A DNA stretch of 64,000 bases. It comes from Octopus sinensis. Lineage: Eukaryota. Shown piece by piece: positions 40,663 to 54,995 of the stretch. Position 1 is the first letter of the stretch. Each line of letters begins with the position of its first letter. The notes below the pieces were generated by a model. That model saw only the letters and a program-made list of their open reading frames with translations. It had not been told where the DNA came from and did not search any database. Both the position numbers and the translations under genes were made by a program. The DNA is taken from assembly GCF_006345805.1 (NCBI RefSeq), contig NC_043008.1, forward strand, positions 11,656,001 through 11,720,000, in the 5' to 3' direction.

Positions 40663-41593
40663 GCATAGGTTTATATACATACAAACACACACGCACAGAT
40701 ATATATATGTAATTGATAACAAAATTTTATAGTGACTTCAATACAACATCTCCTTGATATTCGTCTAAAATAACATGATATGAACAGTTATGAACCGTGT
40801 TTAATTTTGTTGACAGTACAATCATCAGCGTTTAGTGTATGGTGAATGACATTTAACGCTTCTGTATGTCGTACATTTACAAATACCAGAAATATTAAAA
40901 TATTGTTTTCAAAGAGAAGAAAAGAAGAAAAAAAACCCTAACTCTTAATATGAACGCTTACGAAGTTTATTTAATGTTTTAGCAAAATGACTATTTAGCC
41001 TCAGATCTTGGTTTGTAACGTGTTTTGCTTAATGTAATCATCTCTTTTGTTATTCCTTTTTATTCTTAAACATAGTCAAATACACTCAAACGTACTCAGT
41101 CGTATACGCACAGACAATTACATAAATATATGAACCCGTACTTAGCATTAATTCTCTCGCTCTTTCCCTCTCCTGTGTCAATGTTTTTAATGCATTCGCG
41201 CATACACATCCACACACGTACATATATTTTTATATCTATACATACGTATAGATATACATACGTGTGAATGCGTATGTTTAAACAGATAATATATGAGTAT
41301 ATATTATAACTATAACGTCTACAAAGAACTGGCAATTCATAGAAATCATATTATAGGAAGAACGAAATTAATATACATGTGTGTTTGTACACACGCACAG
41401 TCGCAGACACATATACACAGCCGCAGACACGCTCACACACACACATACATGTTTATATATGTATATACACATAATGTTTGTTCTCTCAAAATTTTCGTCT
41501 GAAAGCGCAATATCATTTATATATGTACAGGTACATCATACTTACGTGCAAACATTCATATATGTATATGTATGTATATGTATATGTGTATAG

Positions 41594-41644
<51 letters not shown>

Positions 41645-41763
41645 TATATATATAATATATATATATATATATAATATATATATACGTATATGTATGTATA
41701 TGTATATGTGTATAGATTATATATATATATATATGTATATGTATATATATACGTATATGTATG

Positions 41764-41806
<43 letters not shown>

Positions 41807-42352
41807 CTGTATATACTTATGTGTGTATATTGTATAATAACGCCAGCAGCATTTTATCGCCACCCGTTTCTCAAGTACTACACTTTTCTATGGCTGAAAC
41901 CTATATCATGTGGTTTTACGTACGATATTATTAAGAAATATCACGATTGAAATGATAACCATGTGAACAGAATTAAATGGCGCATATAACACAGGTCTTC
42001 GACCAAACAAATCTTTTGACGTTCATTGGGTGAAATTTCTAAAGTTTTACCTGCTGGTATTAAAAATTACAAGGGTATTGTCCTATCACATATGGTTTCT
42101 TCACAAAATTGATAATCGTATTTTGCAATTATGCTCGGAGTTGACTATTGTATTTTTTATTGTTGCTATTAATTGTCATAATTAAATAGACAATAACGGT
42201 ATGACTAATAGGTGTAATTTTGAGAAATATGTATCGAGTAACGTTTATGCTGCTTGAGCAGGATAGAAAACTGTCTGCGTCACAGTTGCTTCAGGCACAC
42301 GTAAGACGCGCTTCACAAGGTTAGTTTGCTTATAATAATAATAATAATAATG

Positions 42353-42423
<71 letters not shown>

Positions 42424-42462
42424 AAGAAGAAAAGAAGAAGAACAATAATAATAATAATAATG

Positions 42463-42695
42463 ACGTTATTGTATACAGTGCTCAGGTGCACCACAACTAG
42501 TCGAAAGTGCGTATAAAGAATATGCAGTAACGTACACATGTCTGGGAAGTGAACAGTGTATGAGTCCGATACCTGCTTGCGTGTGTATGCAGGGGAGAAA
42601 ATCAGGTGTAGTGTTGGCGAATCTCAGGAAGCATGGAAGTTTTGAAGGATGCAGTGCTCCAACAACTAACAACTGATGCCGGCAGTTTGTTTCAA
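42463..42695 (-). mobile_element. Short CR1-clade LINE 3' end
   Basis: Minus-strand peptide NKLPASVVSCWSTASFKTSM..HYT* (WNxLP..V....FK motif), followed by a UTR ending at a trinucleotide tract. Confidence 0.7.
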
Positions 42696-42829
42696 CAACT
42701 CTTAGTTTAAAATATTAATCTCTTAGTTTAATATTTTGTCTTTTTCAGTTAAATCCCGATGCCTTTGTCAATATATATTTGCTACATACTTTGTGATAAG
42801 TTTATGACTAAAAAACGTAAGGGGAAAAT

Positions 42830-43288
42830 TACCAGGAGGTCAACACAAGAAGTGGGCCCTTCAAAAGGCCAGTCTAGTTTGTGTTAAAGACAATGGACAA
42901 AATGTACAAAAATATCTCTGTCGTTTTGTGGGTGCATTGGTACGGTGCCACTGGTAGTGAACCGAAAAGCGGGATAGATTGCAGTGCCTAACGTGACTGT
43001 CCTCGAGAAATGTGGAGTGTTGCGAAATATTGTAACAGCTGCAACAATACAAGAAAAGATGATTGGCTGCACGGTGGAGTGGTGGTAAATCACATGTTTA
43101 TCTTCCCTGCCCAACGAAGACTATTTTCATATACCAGACAGTAGCGCTGCTGAGAAAGGATCCACACAAGGTGGATCATATTGGTACTGTTCGACCCATA
43201 ACTATGAAAATTAGCAAAGGTCTTAGCCATGAGTTTCGCGCTGGTTGTGGTGAAGAGCAAACATGTGCCATCTTGAGCATACCTATGA
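42830..43288 (+). mobile_element. Tx1/L1-like ORF2 fragment (start of RT)
   Basis: VALLRKDPHK..VRPITM....GEEQTCAI resembles RT motifs 1-2 of L1/Tx1 elements; heavily decayed. Confidence 0.55.
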
Positions 43289-43296
43289 GTAGTAGC

Positions 43297-43351
<55 letters not shown>

Positions 43352-43354
<3 letters not shown>

Positions 43355-43995
43355 TTTCTCTTTATCACAGATTTTGTTGGAGCTCCTGGAGATCTGCATG
43401 CGTAGCGGGCTTTCTACCTGCAGCTATCTAATACTTACCTGCTTATTCAGGCCGTGCCAATGAGTTAAAATTTTGTAACAGTTCTACTGGGCACTCTATT
43501 CCAATTTCCTATATATTCCCCTTGATGCTTTCTGATACTGTTCCCAAAGACCCAACAATAATTGGCACTATCTTCACCTTCATTTTCCATAGCCGGGATA
43601 TTTCGTTCTTATGAGGGTCGTATCCATCTATCTTTTCGCCTTCTTTCTTGAATATTTGTGAGTCAAAGGAGCCTGGAAAATCAACTATATAGCATATGTG
43701 ATTCAATTTGTTCACCACCACAAGGTCTGGTCTGTTATGTTCTAGCACCTGATCTATTTAGACTGGGAAATCCCAGAGGATTTTGCTAGTCTCCGACTCG
43801 GACACTCTGTGATGTTTGTGCACCTACCGCATGCTGCCTCTCTCCAGCCAGCCCCCACTTTTCGCACAGTGCCCAGTGTAGCGCTTGCATTATATGATCG
43901 TGTTACTACAAATTATAATGGTTTTGGGCTAGTCTTGGGCATTCGTTTATATGGGGACTCTATTGCAGATGCGGCAAAGCGGAGGCACCTGCCAA
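43352..43995 (-). mobile_element. R4/Dong LINE 3' end (zinc knuckle remnant, RLE, 3'UTR)
   Basis: LCRIC; KILWDFPV; EHNRPDLVVV..CYIVD..EKIDGY..LWKMKVKIVPIIVGSLGTV (PD..D restriction-like endonuclease). Ends in (TAC)n. Confidence 0.9.
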
Positions 43996-44054
43996 TTCTT
44001 GAAGCTGATCTTCCAGTTCATGGCCAATTATCGTCATCTTGCGCTGCCATTATC

Positions 44055-44061
44055 GTTGTCG

Positions 44062-44098
<37 letters not shown>

Positions 44099-44261
44099 TA
44101 TCACCGTCGTCGTCGGCTTCATTCTTTTTCTTCTTCTTCTTCTTCTTTTTCTTCTTCTCCCTCTTCTTCTTCTTCTTCTTCTTCTTCTCATTCTTCTTTT
44201 TCTTCCCCTTCTTCCCCTTCTTCTTCTTCTTCTTCTCCTTCTTCTCCTCCTCCTCCTCCTC

Positions 44262-44307
<46 letters not shown>

Positions 44308-44367
44308 TTCTTCTTCTTGTTCTTCTTCTTGTTCTTGTTTCTTCTTCTTCTTATTATTATTATTATG

Positions 44368-44402
<35 letters not shown>
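44055..44402. repeat. Compound (CAT)n/(CTT)n/(TAT)n microsatellite
   Basis: Direct reading. Confidence 0.96.
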
Positions 44403-46383
44403 GTCGGCGAGCTGGCAAAGTCATTAGCGGATAGGAAAATGTTTGTTTTACAATATTTCTATGAGTTTCATAGATTTTCAGGGCCATTTCCTCTTAGGGC
44501 ATCTTTACCTTTTTCTCCTATCGGGGTCGATGAAATATTGCCCAAGTCAAATACTAGGGGTCAACGGCATCCTCTAATCTCTCTCCCCACCCCCGTCTGT
44601 GCTTCAATCCTTAAATTCATTTTATTACGTATCTGCCAAATTCGTAACTGCTCACCAGTTTCATACCATAAAATTTTGAATAAAATTTTATTCTTTATTT
44701 TCTCTATCTTTCCCGTGCGTCTTAGAGACGTGAATGCCGTCTCAGTCGACTATCGTAATATCGGAGCTATTCATAAAAATGACCTCTCGATTATTGAACG
44801 ACTCCTCTTTAAAATTTCGCAGAGTAAGATGTGAAATATAATTAAATTTCGACGTGTTTTACTACACGATCTGAAGTTAGAACGATTTAAGCAAGAGATT
44901 ATCATTCAATCCGAAACAGAGAAAGGAAGCAAAATGAAAAATTATAATAACATACTTTTGATGTTTTATGTAATCGTTCATGTTTAAGAAATTCTTGTAA
45001 GTTATGAAGTTGAAGTAAAGTAGAATCGATGAAACAAACGATTATGGTTATAATCAATCGAAACACGTGAATTTACATGTAATAGAAATAAATGAAAGAT
45101 GAAATTTAAAAGAAAATATGGCAAAGAACCGAAATAAAGAAAGGCTCTTTATGAGATTTTCAAGATTTCATATCAATATTAGTATTAAAAGAAGAAAAGA
45201 GAAATGAGATTGAAATGGAGAATAAAGACCAAACTCAAACTTCCTTCACCCTCTTTAGATCGAGATCAAAGAGTTAAAACAAAGATATCATAAATTAAAT
45301 ATTAGTTTGTTGTTTGAAGAACAAAGGTTTATAGTCCAACGGTGTTTTCCTTTGGAAAAGAAACTGGCTGTTACTGCCATGAACTTTACTCACATTCACG
45401 GAGCCTGAATGGAATCAATAAGTGAAAATGAGCATTAAAGTTGACAGCAGAGGTATATTGATGTAGTTGAACTTCCTAACAGAGGTGGAACTTATTATGT
45501 TTATTAAAGTTCTTATAACCATTATTGAAGTTTTCTTACGTTATTTCGTTTCTAGACCTTCAAGAAATTGCCAAGAAAATTGTTTGAATATAATATTTTT
45601 GCGAGCATTCACAAACATCAAAACTGCAGCTATTGCCTTAATGCACATAGAAAACACATGTAGGTGGACTCATATGATTGTTTGTGTCGAAGTGATTTGT
45701 TTCAGCAGTTTTGTCTTTTTTTATTATTTGGTGCTTACGTTTCGACATGGGCGTTGGCGAGTGTGTGCCTGTCTTTATCCGATATTGATCGTGCGCGCGT
45801 GTGTGTGACGTGTCTGCATGTCAATATGTATATGTGTATGTGTGTCTGTGTGTTTGTGCTTGCGTGTATATGTGTGCTTCTGTGCTCAGTAACAATATAT
45901 GTTCTAAGAAATTATTGAATATTGGAGTCATGTTTTCGAATAAGCCACAAATGTCGGAATAGAATATTGAATACGAAAAAAAAAATGCATATAGAAAGAA
46001 GCAACCCATACTGAAGAGAATTGAAAAGGGCGTGAGAGAAAGGAGAAGAGAGTAAAAGGCAGATCAACAGAAGGAGAAGAGTGAGAGTGTGGATATATAA
46101 ATACGTAATAGTGTGAAAAGGACACGGAGAAATAATTAGAATGAAAAGGGAATAATTGTTAGCAGAAATTCGAACGAAACTGAATCTCCCTGATTTAGAA
46201 ATCGCATATTTGGAGTTAGTTTTAATAACAATAATAATATTTAATTTCACTAACCATACACACTTTATTAGTTTCTCCAATGCACCAACACTAATACAGC
46301 ACTTGTATGTATATAATTTAGTTACTAATAAATGTACTGCGTTGGTTTGTTCATTCAGTGTGTAATATTTTATACAAAGTAAA

Positions 46384-46545
46384 GACAGCGAGCCAGCAGA
46401 ACCGTTAAGGGCGTCGGAAAAATATTAACGGTATTTCTTTCAGCTTTTTAAATTCTGAGTTTAAATGCCGCCGAGGTCGAGTTTGTCTTTCATGAAATCT
46501 GGTTCGATAAAACAAATACAATATGAACACTGGAGTCGATGAAAT
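46384..46545 (+). mobile_element. SINE family B, diverged
   Basis: GCGAGCCAGCAGAACCGTTAAG..CTGAGTTTAAATGCCGCCGAGGTCGAGTTTG..GATAAA. Confidence 0.68.
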
Positions 46546-47892
46546 TGCTGGCCTTATATCAAAATTAGAAAGAATATTTTAACTGGAAGACTTGCTTCAA
46601 GTTCAGCAACATATCTGAGGCTACCTCGAAGAGATTCTGTACATTTTTGGATCAGAATTATTGTTAATTTAGCAGTTTTCTTATCATTAGCATTCTGTTC
46701 TTTTCAGTAAATGTTCACTCAATTATGTCGCCATATAATATCAAGCAATACAACACAAATCACAAATTATCCTGAAAAGCAACCTCTCCATTAAGATGTA
46801 TGACCAAGTCTTGACTTCCAAATTAAGCTCTCTTTCCTTCTGTCAAGAATTATAACCTTTTGCTCATTGTTCATTGTGTTATACATGTTCGCATTAATCA
46901 TATTTAAGCATCAGATCTTGTCTTTCTCTTCCGATTTCTAAAGTATTAGCTCTCATTTTCTTCCTACAAGGCTAAAATTATCATTAGTGCCCCTCCACAC
47001 TCTCATATTTCCTCCAAATATATTCAAGTTTTTGTGCAATTAGCTACAAATATTCAGAATTGTGCGTAAAACAAGGGAATTCGACTTACGACATATAGCA
47101 AATTAGTGGTTGTCGGAAGTTTAGATAAGCTACATTTACTAAAATTTTGCTGGGTCATTTCCGCTTCACTGTTGTTTAAGACCAAGTATTATCCGTGTTA
47201 TACACAAGATATATGTATAAGTAGTACTCTATCTTGTTAATCTGGGCTGAGAATAATTCATATTTTTCTCCCTCTTCAATGGGCAATGATCCTACAAAAC
47301 CTCGCAAACGCCCTTCCTCCACTGACTAAAACAAAAATGACAAATCTGATGAAAATTACACCACAGTTTCATATAACAAGGCGTACTATATTAGCTAATG
47401 TAGATATTGATACACTAGAAGATGTAGCATAATCCTGAATGATTGCCCCACCTTGGATCATAAATCTATCTGAGCAGGGCCAAACAGCACTAACAATTCT
47501 TTAAATTCTTTCCAATCAAATATGTCCAAAAAATTTTGAATCACTTCAAAATATGAAATAATAATAATAAAGGAGCTCTATGATAAATGTATCCTCCCAA
47601 AAATAGCGAAATAATTCCCTACGTTCGTAATACTCTTCATTCATATAATGCATGTCACTCATATTACGCTAAGACACGACAATAGCTGAAAAAAATTTCA
47701 GCTCAAAACAAAGTTTCACATTCCCTGTTTCAAATCGATAATCGCATAATCGCGATCGATTAATGAATTCAAATAAATCTGTCGACCTAATAGGGTGGTA
47801 TGTACTTCTACAGAAACTGAAGTACTAGCTAAACCCCGACAAGTAACCTAAATTTATACGTTTCTCATAATAATGGAATCTGATACATGTAT

Positions 47893-48290
47893 AGACGCAG
47901 CTGTGGCTGTGTGGTAAGATGTTTGCCTTCTAAATACACGATTGCAGTTTCGTTCACAATGCGTGGCACCTTGGTCAAGTTTCTTCTACTATGGTCTCGC
48001 CCCGACCAAAACATTGTGAATGCATTTGGCGGTCGGAAGTTAAAAGAAGCTGTCATGTGCGTGAGTTGGTATGTTTTTGTTTATCCCACAACACTGCCTG
48101 ATAATCAGTGTTGATTTGTTTATGTCCACGTAACTTAGCCGATCGGAAACAGTGGGTGATACAATACGTACTAGACTTTAAAAAATACGGTACTGGGGTC
48201 GATACATTCAGCTAAATATTCTTGAAGTATATACCTCAGCATGGTCGCAGTCTAATGACTGAAGCAAGTAATAGATAAAAGTATAAAAGA
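47893..48290 (+). mobile_element. SINE family A, full length, diverged
   Basis: GTGGCTGTGTGGTAAG, TGCGTGGCACCTTGGTCAAGT, tail CAGCATGGTCGCAGTCTAATGACTGAAGC. Confidence 0.85.
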
Positions 48291-48835
48291 TGGCTGTGTG
48301 CGTATGTTTGTGCCTTTGTGAGTACAAATAGTCATATATATATCCATGTACGAGCACACACAAACATACATTATATTAGACAGTTCATCAAATAGTAACA
48401 CTGTGAACAAAGTCCCTTTCTTCATTGACCAGGCAATGTTCAAACTAAAAATAAACCCCGTCAGTCTCACCAATTTGAAACAATCTGCAAAGGACGAATG
48501 CAGTATAAGATTCGCTACGCCTCCCAACCCTGCGCAAAAAGTAAACGCCTTTTATTGAACAGAAAATTATAAAGCGTTTTGGGCTCTCCTCGATTATAAG
48601 GATAATCACCCCAAAGATTTACGCTCTGTTTCCCGTAAGTATTTGCCAGAAATTGCATAATCAACTTATTTCCTCGCATCAGTAAGAGTTTAGTTTAGCA
48701 AAACAAACAAAATCCTGAATATATTTCCTCTTCGATAAATATAAAAAGACAAACATGGTTACGAAGATAAGGTAAGACCACGAGACGAAATAAACAGGTG
48801 TTGCGATACACTAAGAATAATTACTACATGAAATA

Positions 48836-48988
48836 GAGAGCGAGAGAGAGAGAAAGAAAGAAAGAAATAGAGAGAGAAAGAGAGAGACAGATAAAGGGAG
48901 AAACATGAGAGAAAAGCGGAGTGAAAGTGAGAAAGAGAGAAAGGGGAGAGAGCGGGGGAAGAAAGAGAGATAGATAGGTAATAGATAG

Positions 48989-49019
<31 letters not shown>

Positions 49020-49020
49020 G

Positions 49021-49088
<68 letters not shown>
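48836..49088. repeat. (GA)n/(GATA)n polypurine tract
   Basis: Direct reading. Confidence 0.95.
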
Positions 49089-49092
<4 letters not shown>

Positions 49093-50774
49093 TAGATTAC
49101 ATTTGAATACGTTCGATTAAATTGTTCAGACGCTGGAAAAGATTATTGTCGATTTTAATCCGAGAACTGGGAAGCCAAATTAATGGTATTTATACCGGTG
49201 CAGTTACGCTTCTAACAATCATATCTCTTAAAGACAGGACATATTAAGTACTACAGAAATCCTTTCGAGCCACTTTCAGAATAGGTCATAACATTTTAAG
49301 AGTTAAAACGTCACTCATCGTTAGTACAACAGATAAAACTCTTAGTCTATTTCTTGTATGCTTTTAACATAAACTTCCATTGTTTTAGGCCTTTATTTAC
49401 AAATATTGTGGACTCCAAAAGCTAATCAGGAAATAGAACTACATTCAATAGTAGAAATGAAAATGCATTTCTATGTATTTATTTTTATGGTTTATTTTCC
49501 ATACTGTAAATTCTCCACATTCTCATCAACAGAATCATGTTTATATGAACTATGAGTGTAGGTGACTCGGTATAATACAGATGAAGTTTCTCGCTCAGAT
49601 TGGGTATAATATATGGAATAAGAAAAAAGTATACGACACACCCTGGTATAAAATATTAATTATTAATGACAGAGAATTGCTAGCTATGTAGACATTTTGT
49701 CTGTTGATTAGACATGCCAAGATCATAGTCTATATGTGTAGGCTTTTCATTTCTATGTAATACTATCAATGTTTGAACTCAGAATCTGACATATTGATTG
49801 GCTTCTGATATAATATAGAACGTCTTAGCAATTACTCTTGCAGCCTCTGTTTATTTTTCATTTAATATCTGCCTCGCTTTGATGTGAAAATTGTAAATTT
49901 CCTATTTTCGTCATCAACTGTCCACCATGTTTTGTGATCTATTGTCGAAACTGTTCTTCTTCTATTTATCTTCAGCACCAAAACAAGTCTAAAAATAATT
50001 TATTTGATAAAATAACATTTATTATCTACAAAACTGTCAACTATTTTTACTTTGAGGAAAGAACGCATTCTGGAACAATTTTGTACGAAGCTAAAGCACA
50101 TTTCTCTGATCAAGGAAATGACTGTCCGTAGTGTTATAAATTCTCTCGGAGAATTAACTGGGAACATCTCTTCAAAGTAACTGTTTTTGGTATTAACCAT
50201 GTTATTCATCTAACTTTTGAAATATGTCTGATATTGAGTTTAAAGATTGTTTCAAAGAAACTTCAGAATGTGCTTTGCGACTTTTACATCAGAATGTAAT
50301 TAAATTTTCGTCATGGTTTCCACTCTTACATAATATAAAGTCTTCATACGAAATAAATAACGAGTCACCATTTGCAATCTGCTCTTAGAAATAATAGCTA
50401 AGACTTCCTCAAATTACACCCGTTTTCCCAAAGGAAGTAAATATACATTGGGTAATGTAGTCGATAAAAGGAAGGGGCGGTAATTCCTAGAGTTCATTTA
50501 GTGAAACGTTTGGTCATTCATGTTTATATGAGATTAAACAACAACAAATGAAGATTTCGGTAATTTTCAATTTAGGTTCAGGATACGAAATATTTCTTGC
50601 AAAACAGAAATTAAATTCTCTGATATTACCTATAAATATTTTATATTCAAAACTGAATACTATAGCCAGAATAACAACGAGGTAGCCTCATATCATATCA
50701 TTCAGGATATATTTTCAGATCTCAAAAGCTGACAACAAATTACAAGGCAGAAGTAAAGCCCTCATTCTACATCT

Positions 50775-50820
<46 letters not shown>

Positions 50821-51158
50821 CTCAGACAGGAATATTTTACCATTTCAATTAAAGATACATCTAAACAACGAAGTATATCTAGGTCCAATAAGTACTCAGA
50901 ACGTTAGATTTTTCTTCCTAATTTTATTAGGATTTGAGGTGAGTAAATGACTGTGCCATTGTTATGGTTATCGCAATTGTTGCCGTTATTGCAATCAACG
51001 TCACAATCATCGTTAACATTGCTATTATCATCAGAATCCTCATTAATCTCCACCGTGTCACATTCACTGTTATTTACATCACGTTGCATTTAACAGCATT
51101 TTAAGCACACTCACGCGTGAACGCCATAAAACATCATGTATATATGTATATATATATT

Positions 51159-51190
<32 letters not shown>

Positions 51191-51199
51191 ATATATATA

Positions 51200-51235
<36 letters not shown>

Positions 51236-51574
51236 TATATGTATAGATAGATAATAGATACGTAGATAGCTAGAAAAATGTATAGATAGATATGCAAACA
51301 TTTATAAAGCACATCCTATACCTTCGCAAATACATGCATGCAACAGTAGGAAAAAACTCTTCAATGCCTGCCTCACATAATTTTCTGTATAAAAACATAA
51401 AATATTTATTTATGTATTTGATAATGATAGTTTATGAAATTTCGGTGTTTGATATTTCATTCTATACATTCACAAAACATACATCTTAATACATATATGT
51501 ATGTATGTATGTTGTATGTATGTATGTATGTTTGTATGTATGTATTGTATGTATGTATGTATGTATGTATGTTG

Positions 51575-51629
<55 letters not shown>

Positions 51630-52686
51630 CATATATATATATGTATATATGTATGTATGTATTTACGCATGTATGTATGTAAGCGCACATTGCAACCCGA
51701 ATACATATTGTAAAGCAGTAGATTTAAATTCTTTTAGAGAAATAAAATTTATCATTTCATTAGTCATCTGCCATTTTTTTTTATTCTGACGTTTCATTCA
51801 ATTTTTCGTGTTATATAAGCAACTGCAGTTTGATTCAACATGCAAATAGAATATTATTTCCTTCCATTAGCAAATATTTAGCTTCTTTTTCGCATATATA
51901 GTTTGTGTTTTCATTATATATAATGTACATGCAACATGGATTGCTTTGCAATAACCATACTGATGCCGAGCATTTATTTAATTTGAATTTTTAATGTACA
52001 TAACAGTATATATTTTCAACGATAAGTTTACATTTGTTATTCCCCCATCGATTTTATTTTTCATAGAATATCTGCAGCTTGCCATTATTTTTAAAGAATC
52101 CTTAATGTTTCAGGATCAATACACATGTGATAGCTGATGATAAAGGCAACTTTTTTTTTAATAAATCTGAGGAATACAACAGTTCAAGACACCATTAATC
52201 ATTATCATTATAGTCGTGGTTAACATCATCACTACCAATACTGTCGTTCCTATTGGCATCGTTGTAGTCTAGTACACTTCCGAATCATTAACAGTATTAA
52301 TTTTAAGATCTTCAATATCAACAAGCACGTATCTATAAAGGAGCATTGAATTATCCTCACGGTCTACTCAGTAAAGCAGTGATTAGCGATATCTCTCTCA
52401 ACAGATTACCTAATTCCCTTGAAATTAGCATCAATGTACTTTAAGATCTTTATTTTAAGAGAGCGATACCACTGCTGAATAAGGTGATAATTGTTTTAAA
52501 TTTTGGCAGATAGCCAGCAATCTTCGTGTGTTGGAATAAATCAATTACACTGACTGTAATGTTCGACTAATGCCTTATTTTATCGACGCCAAAATGATGA
52601 AAGAGCAAACATGGCCATAGTTGGATTTGAACTTACAACGTAAAACACCGGGAGGATTGACACGAGGCATTTTGTCTGACGTGCTG

Positions 52687-52732
<46 letters not shown>

Positions 52733-53190
52733 GACTACCACAAATAATAATAATAATAATAATAATAGTCGACTATTTTTACCTGGGTGCATGTTGCTGC
52801 TTCTAGGTGTTTCTTTTTTGTTACTGATGCACATCAGTACAATGCTGTCTGCGAATCAGTTGTTGTAGAAAGGTCAGCTGGGATGGCAAATTTGGCTCTA
52901 CGACCATTCACTTTTACAATTTGTGTTGATTATATTGCGTGTCTCCTGGTCGTTTAAGGAGATCGATAAGTATTGCATTGAATTCAGGGTCCCATAAAAA
53001 AAAAACTCCCTAGCCGTAAAATCGCCCTCACCGTTCATTTTGTTGTCGCTGTTCAGGTTTTTGCTTCTGTTGATGCTGTTATTAGCGCACTGGCTGTTTG
53101 TGCTATCTTTACTGGTATTGTTACTGCTAGCATCCATGTTGATTGTTTTTGTTTTCACGGTGATAAAGACGTTTCCCCTACTATTACATA

Positions 53191-53527
53191 TTTCTTTATT
53201 ACCCACAAGGGGCTGAACATAGAGGGGACAAACAAGGACAGAAATAGGTATTAAGTCGATTACATCGACCCCAGCGCGTAACTGGTACTTAATTTATCGA
53301 CCCCGAAAGGATGAAAGGCAAAGTCGACCTCGGCGGAATTTGAACTCAGAATGTAGCGGCAGACGAAATACCTATTTCTTTACTACCCACAATGGGCTAA
53401 ACACAGAGAGGACAAACAATGACAGACAAAGTCGACCTCGGCGGAATTTGAACTCAGAACGTAACGGCAGACGAAATATCGCTAAGCATTTCGTCCGGCG
53501 CGCTAACGTTTCTGCCAGCTCACCGCC
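53191..53527 (-). mobile_element. SINE family B dimer, with a deletion in the first monomer
   Basis: Two GTCGACCTCGGCGGAATTTGAACTCAGAA blocks and two tails; candidate TSD CTATTACA at 53181 and 53527. Confidence 0.9.
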
Positions 53528-54150
53528 TATTACAACGGCGTCGCTAACATTGCTGTCATTGTTGTTGTTATTTATGTGTCCGCGCCGCTTCTTAACAGGA
53601 ACCATGCGTCGCTCTGTATTATAACATAATGCGGGAGTAAATTTTCTGGTTGAATTTAGTATTGAGAGAAATCACTTCTCTCCCTGCCTTTTGCTGAATC
53701 TGATAACAAGCATTAGGGATACCGTAATTGAGAAAATTAAAACAAACGAAAGCAAATACATTGTAACAAAGGCTGTGCCCTTTAGGTTACAATTTGGCAG
53801 TCCCTCTCTTTACTTAACGAAATGGATGTCCTTGGGTCAAGATTTAACGGAAATTCACAACGTCGTTAAATACATGCTTTTCGAAAAAAATTAAGAAACA
53901 TTTGGAAGCAAATAGGACGTACACTACAAAAACTAAACATCAAAATTAACTGGTTCCAAATTGGGACAAGGCCAGTGATTTTAGAGATCGGGCTGTTAGC
54001 CAATTACATCGAACCAGGTACTTTTATTACCGAACCTGAATTGGCGAAGAGGAAATGTGAGCTTCGTTTCCTGCTTTGTATCTTTCAGACGGAAATTTGA
54101 GCTTCTGCTCATTTATAGCCTTAATAATAATAATAATAATAATAATAATA

Positions 54151-54995
54151 GCCCTGATGCAATACAAGGCAGTGGTTGTCATGGCTTCTGATCTTAACTG
54201 ATTGAAAGTGTTATCATATTCATTGCTTTGTGTTGCTATAACAGATTGACTACAGCAAATATTCTGCCTAGTACCACAAATTTGCTTTGCCCTGGTGCAA
54301 TACCAAACACTGGCTCTCATGGCTTCTGAACTTGACTGATTGGAAGGATTATCATGTACATTGCTTCTTCTTGATAGAATAGATGGGCTTTATTAAATAT
54401 TCTGCTTAATAACAGAAATATGGTTGTCAATTGTTTGACCATAACCAGTTGAGCATATCACTGGGTAGCTGACGATATGTGCATCTCCGATCACGAGAAG
54501 AAGTACTAGCAGAACATCATATCTATGTGTTGAGATGAATTATTTGGGGTTTGGCTAATTCATCTTTGGAAACATGGTTGTTTCGTTCATCACCCTCAAA
54601 AATAACTTAATCAGGGACCTTTTGAGCGTGATGTGCTACTGGAGCCGAAGAAATTTTTAACTGGGCTCCCACCTGCAAGGTCACGCACTGTTTACATCGA
54701 TATAAGATCACCATGTCGCGGACATTATGATCGTCAGATGTTTGACCTTAACCAGTTGAGTATATCCCATTTTGAGCGGGATGTGCTACTGGAGCCGAAG
54801 AAATTTGTAACTGGGCCTCCACCTGCAAGGTCATGCACTGTTTATCTCGATATAAGATCACCATATCGCGGACACATGATTGTGATGCACGTACCAGGTG
54901 TACCCTTATCAGACAGGTAGTCATGATAGGTATATTAGGTTTTGTGTAATTGTACTCCAGTGTCACTGTGATGGCATGCGCTGCTCTCTCACTCA
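54151..54995 (+). mobile_element. Older mosaic copy of the 555-bp (AAT)n-associated retroposon
   Basis: Starts GCCCTGATGC after (AAT)n, restarts at 54289, repeats an internal block (about 54620-54730 and 54770-54880) and ends CTCTCTCACTC-AAT. Confidence 0.9.

Noticed and set aside
43809-44834. Longest ORF (341 aa)
   Set aside because: Runs antisense through a Dong relic, then through microsatellites and a SINE remnant; not a plausible protein.
46640-47080. Possible very old mariner N-terminal relic (similar hints at 49850-50330 and 2400-2800)
   Set aside because: No diagnostic motif recoverable by eye; needs TBLASTN or HMM search.
47346-47380. Other CTGATGA hammerhead boxes (also minus strand at 32047-32053)
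   Set aside because: No properly placed GAAA, stem III or closing stem I; the 32-kb one lies inside the mariner relic.
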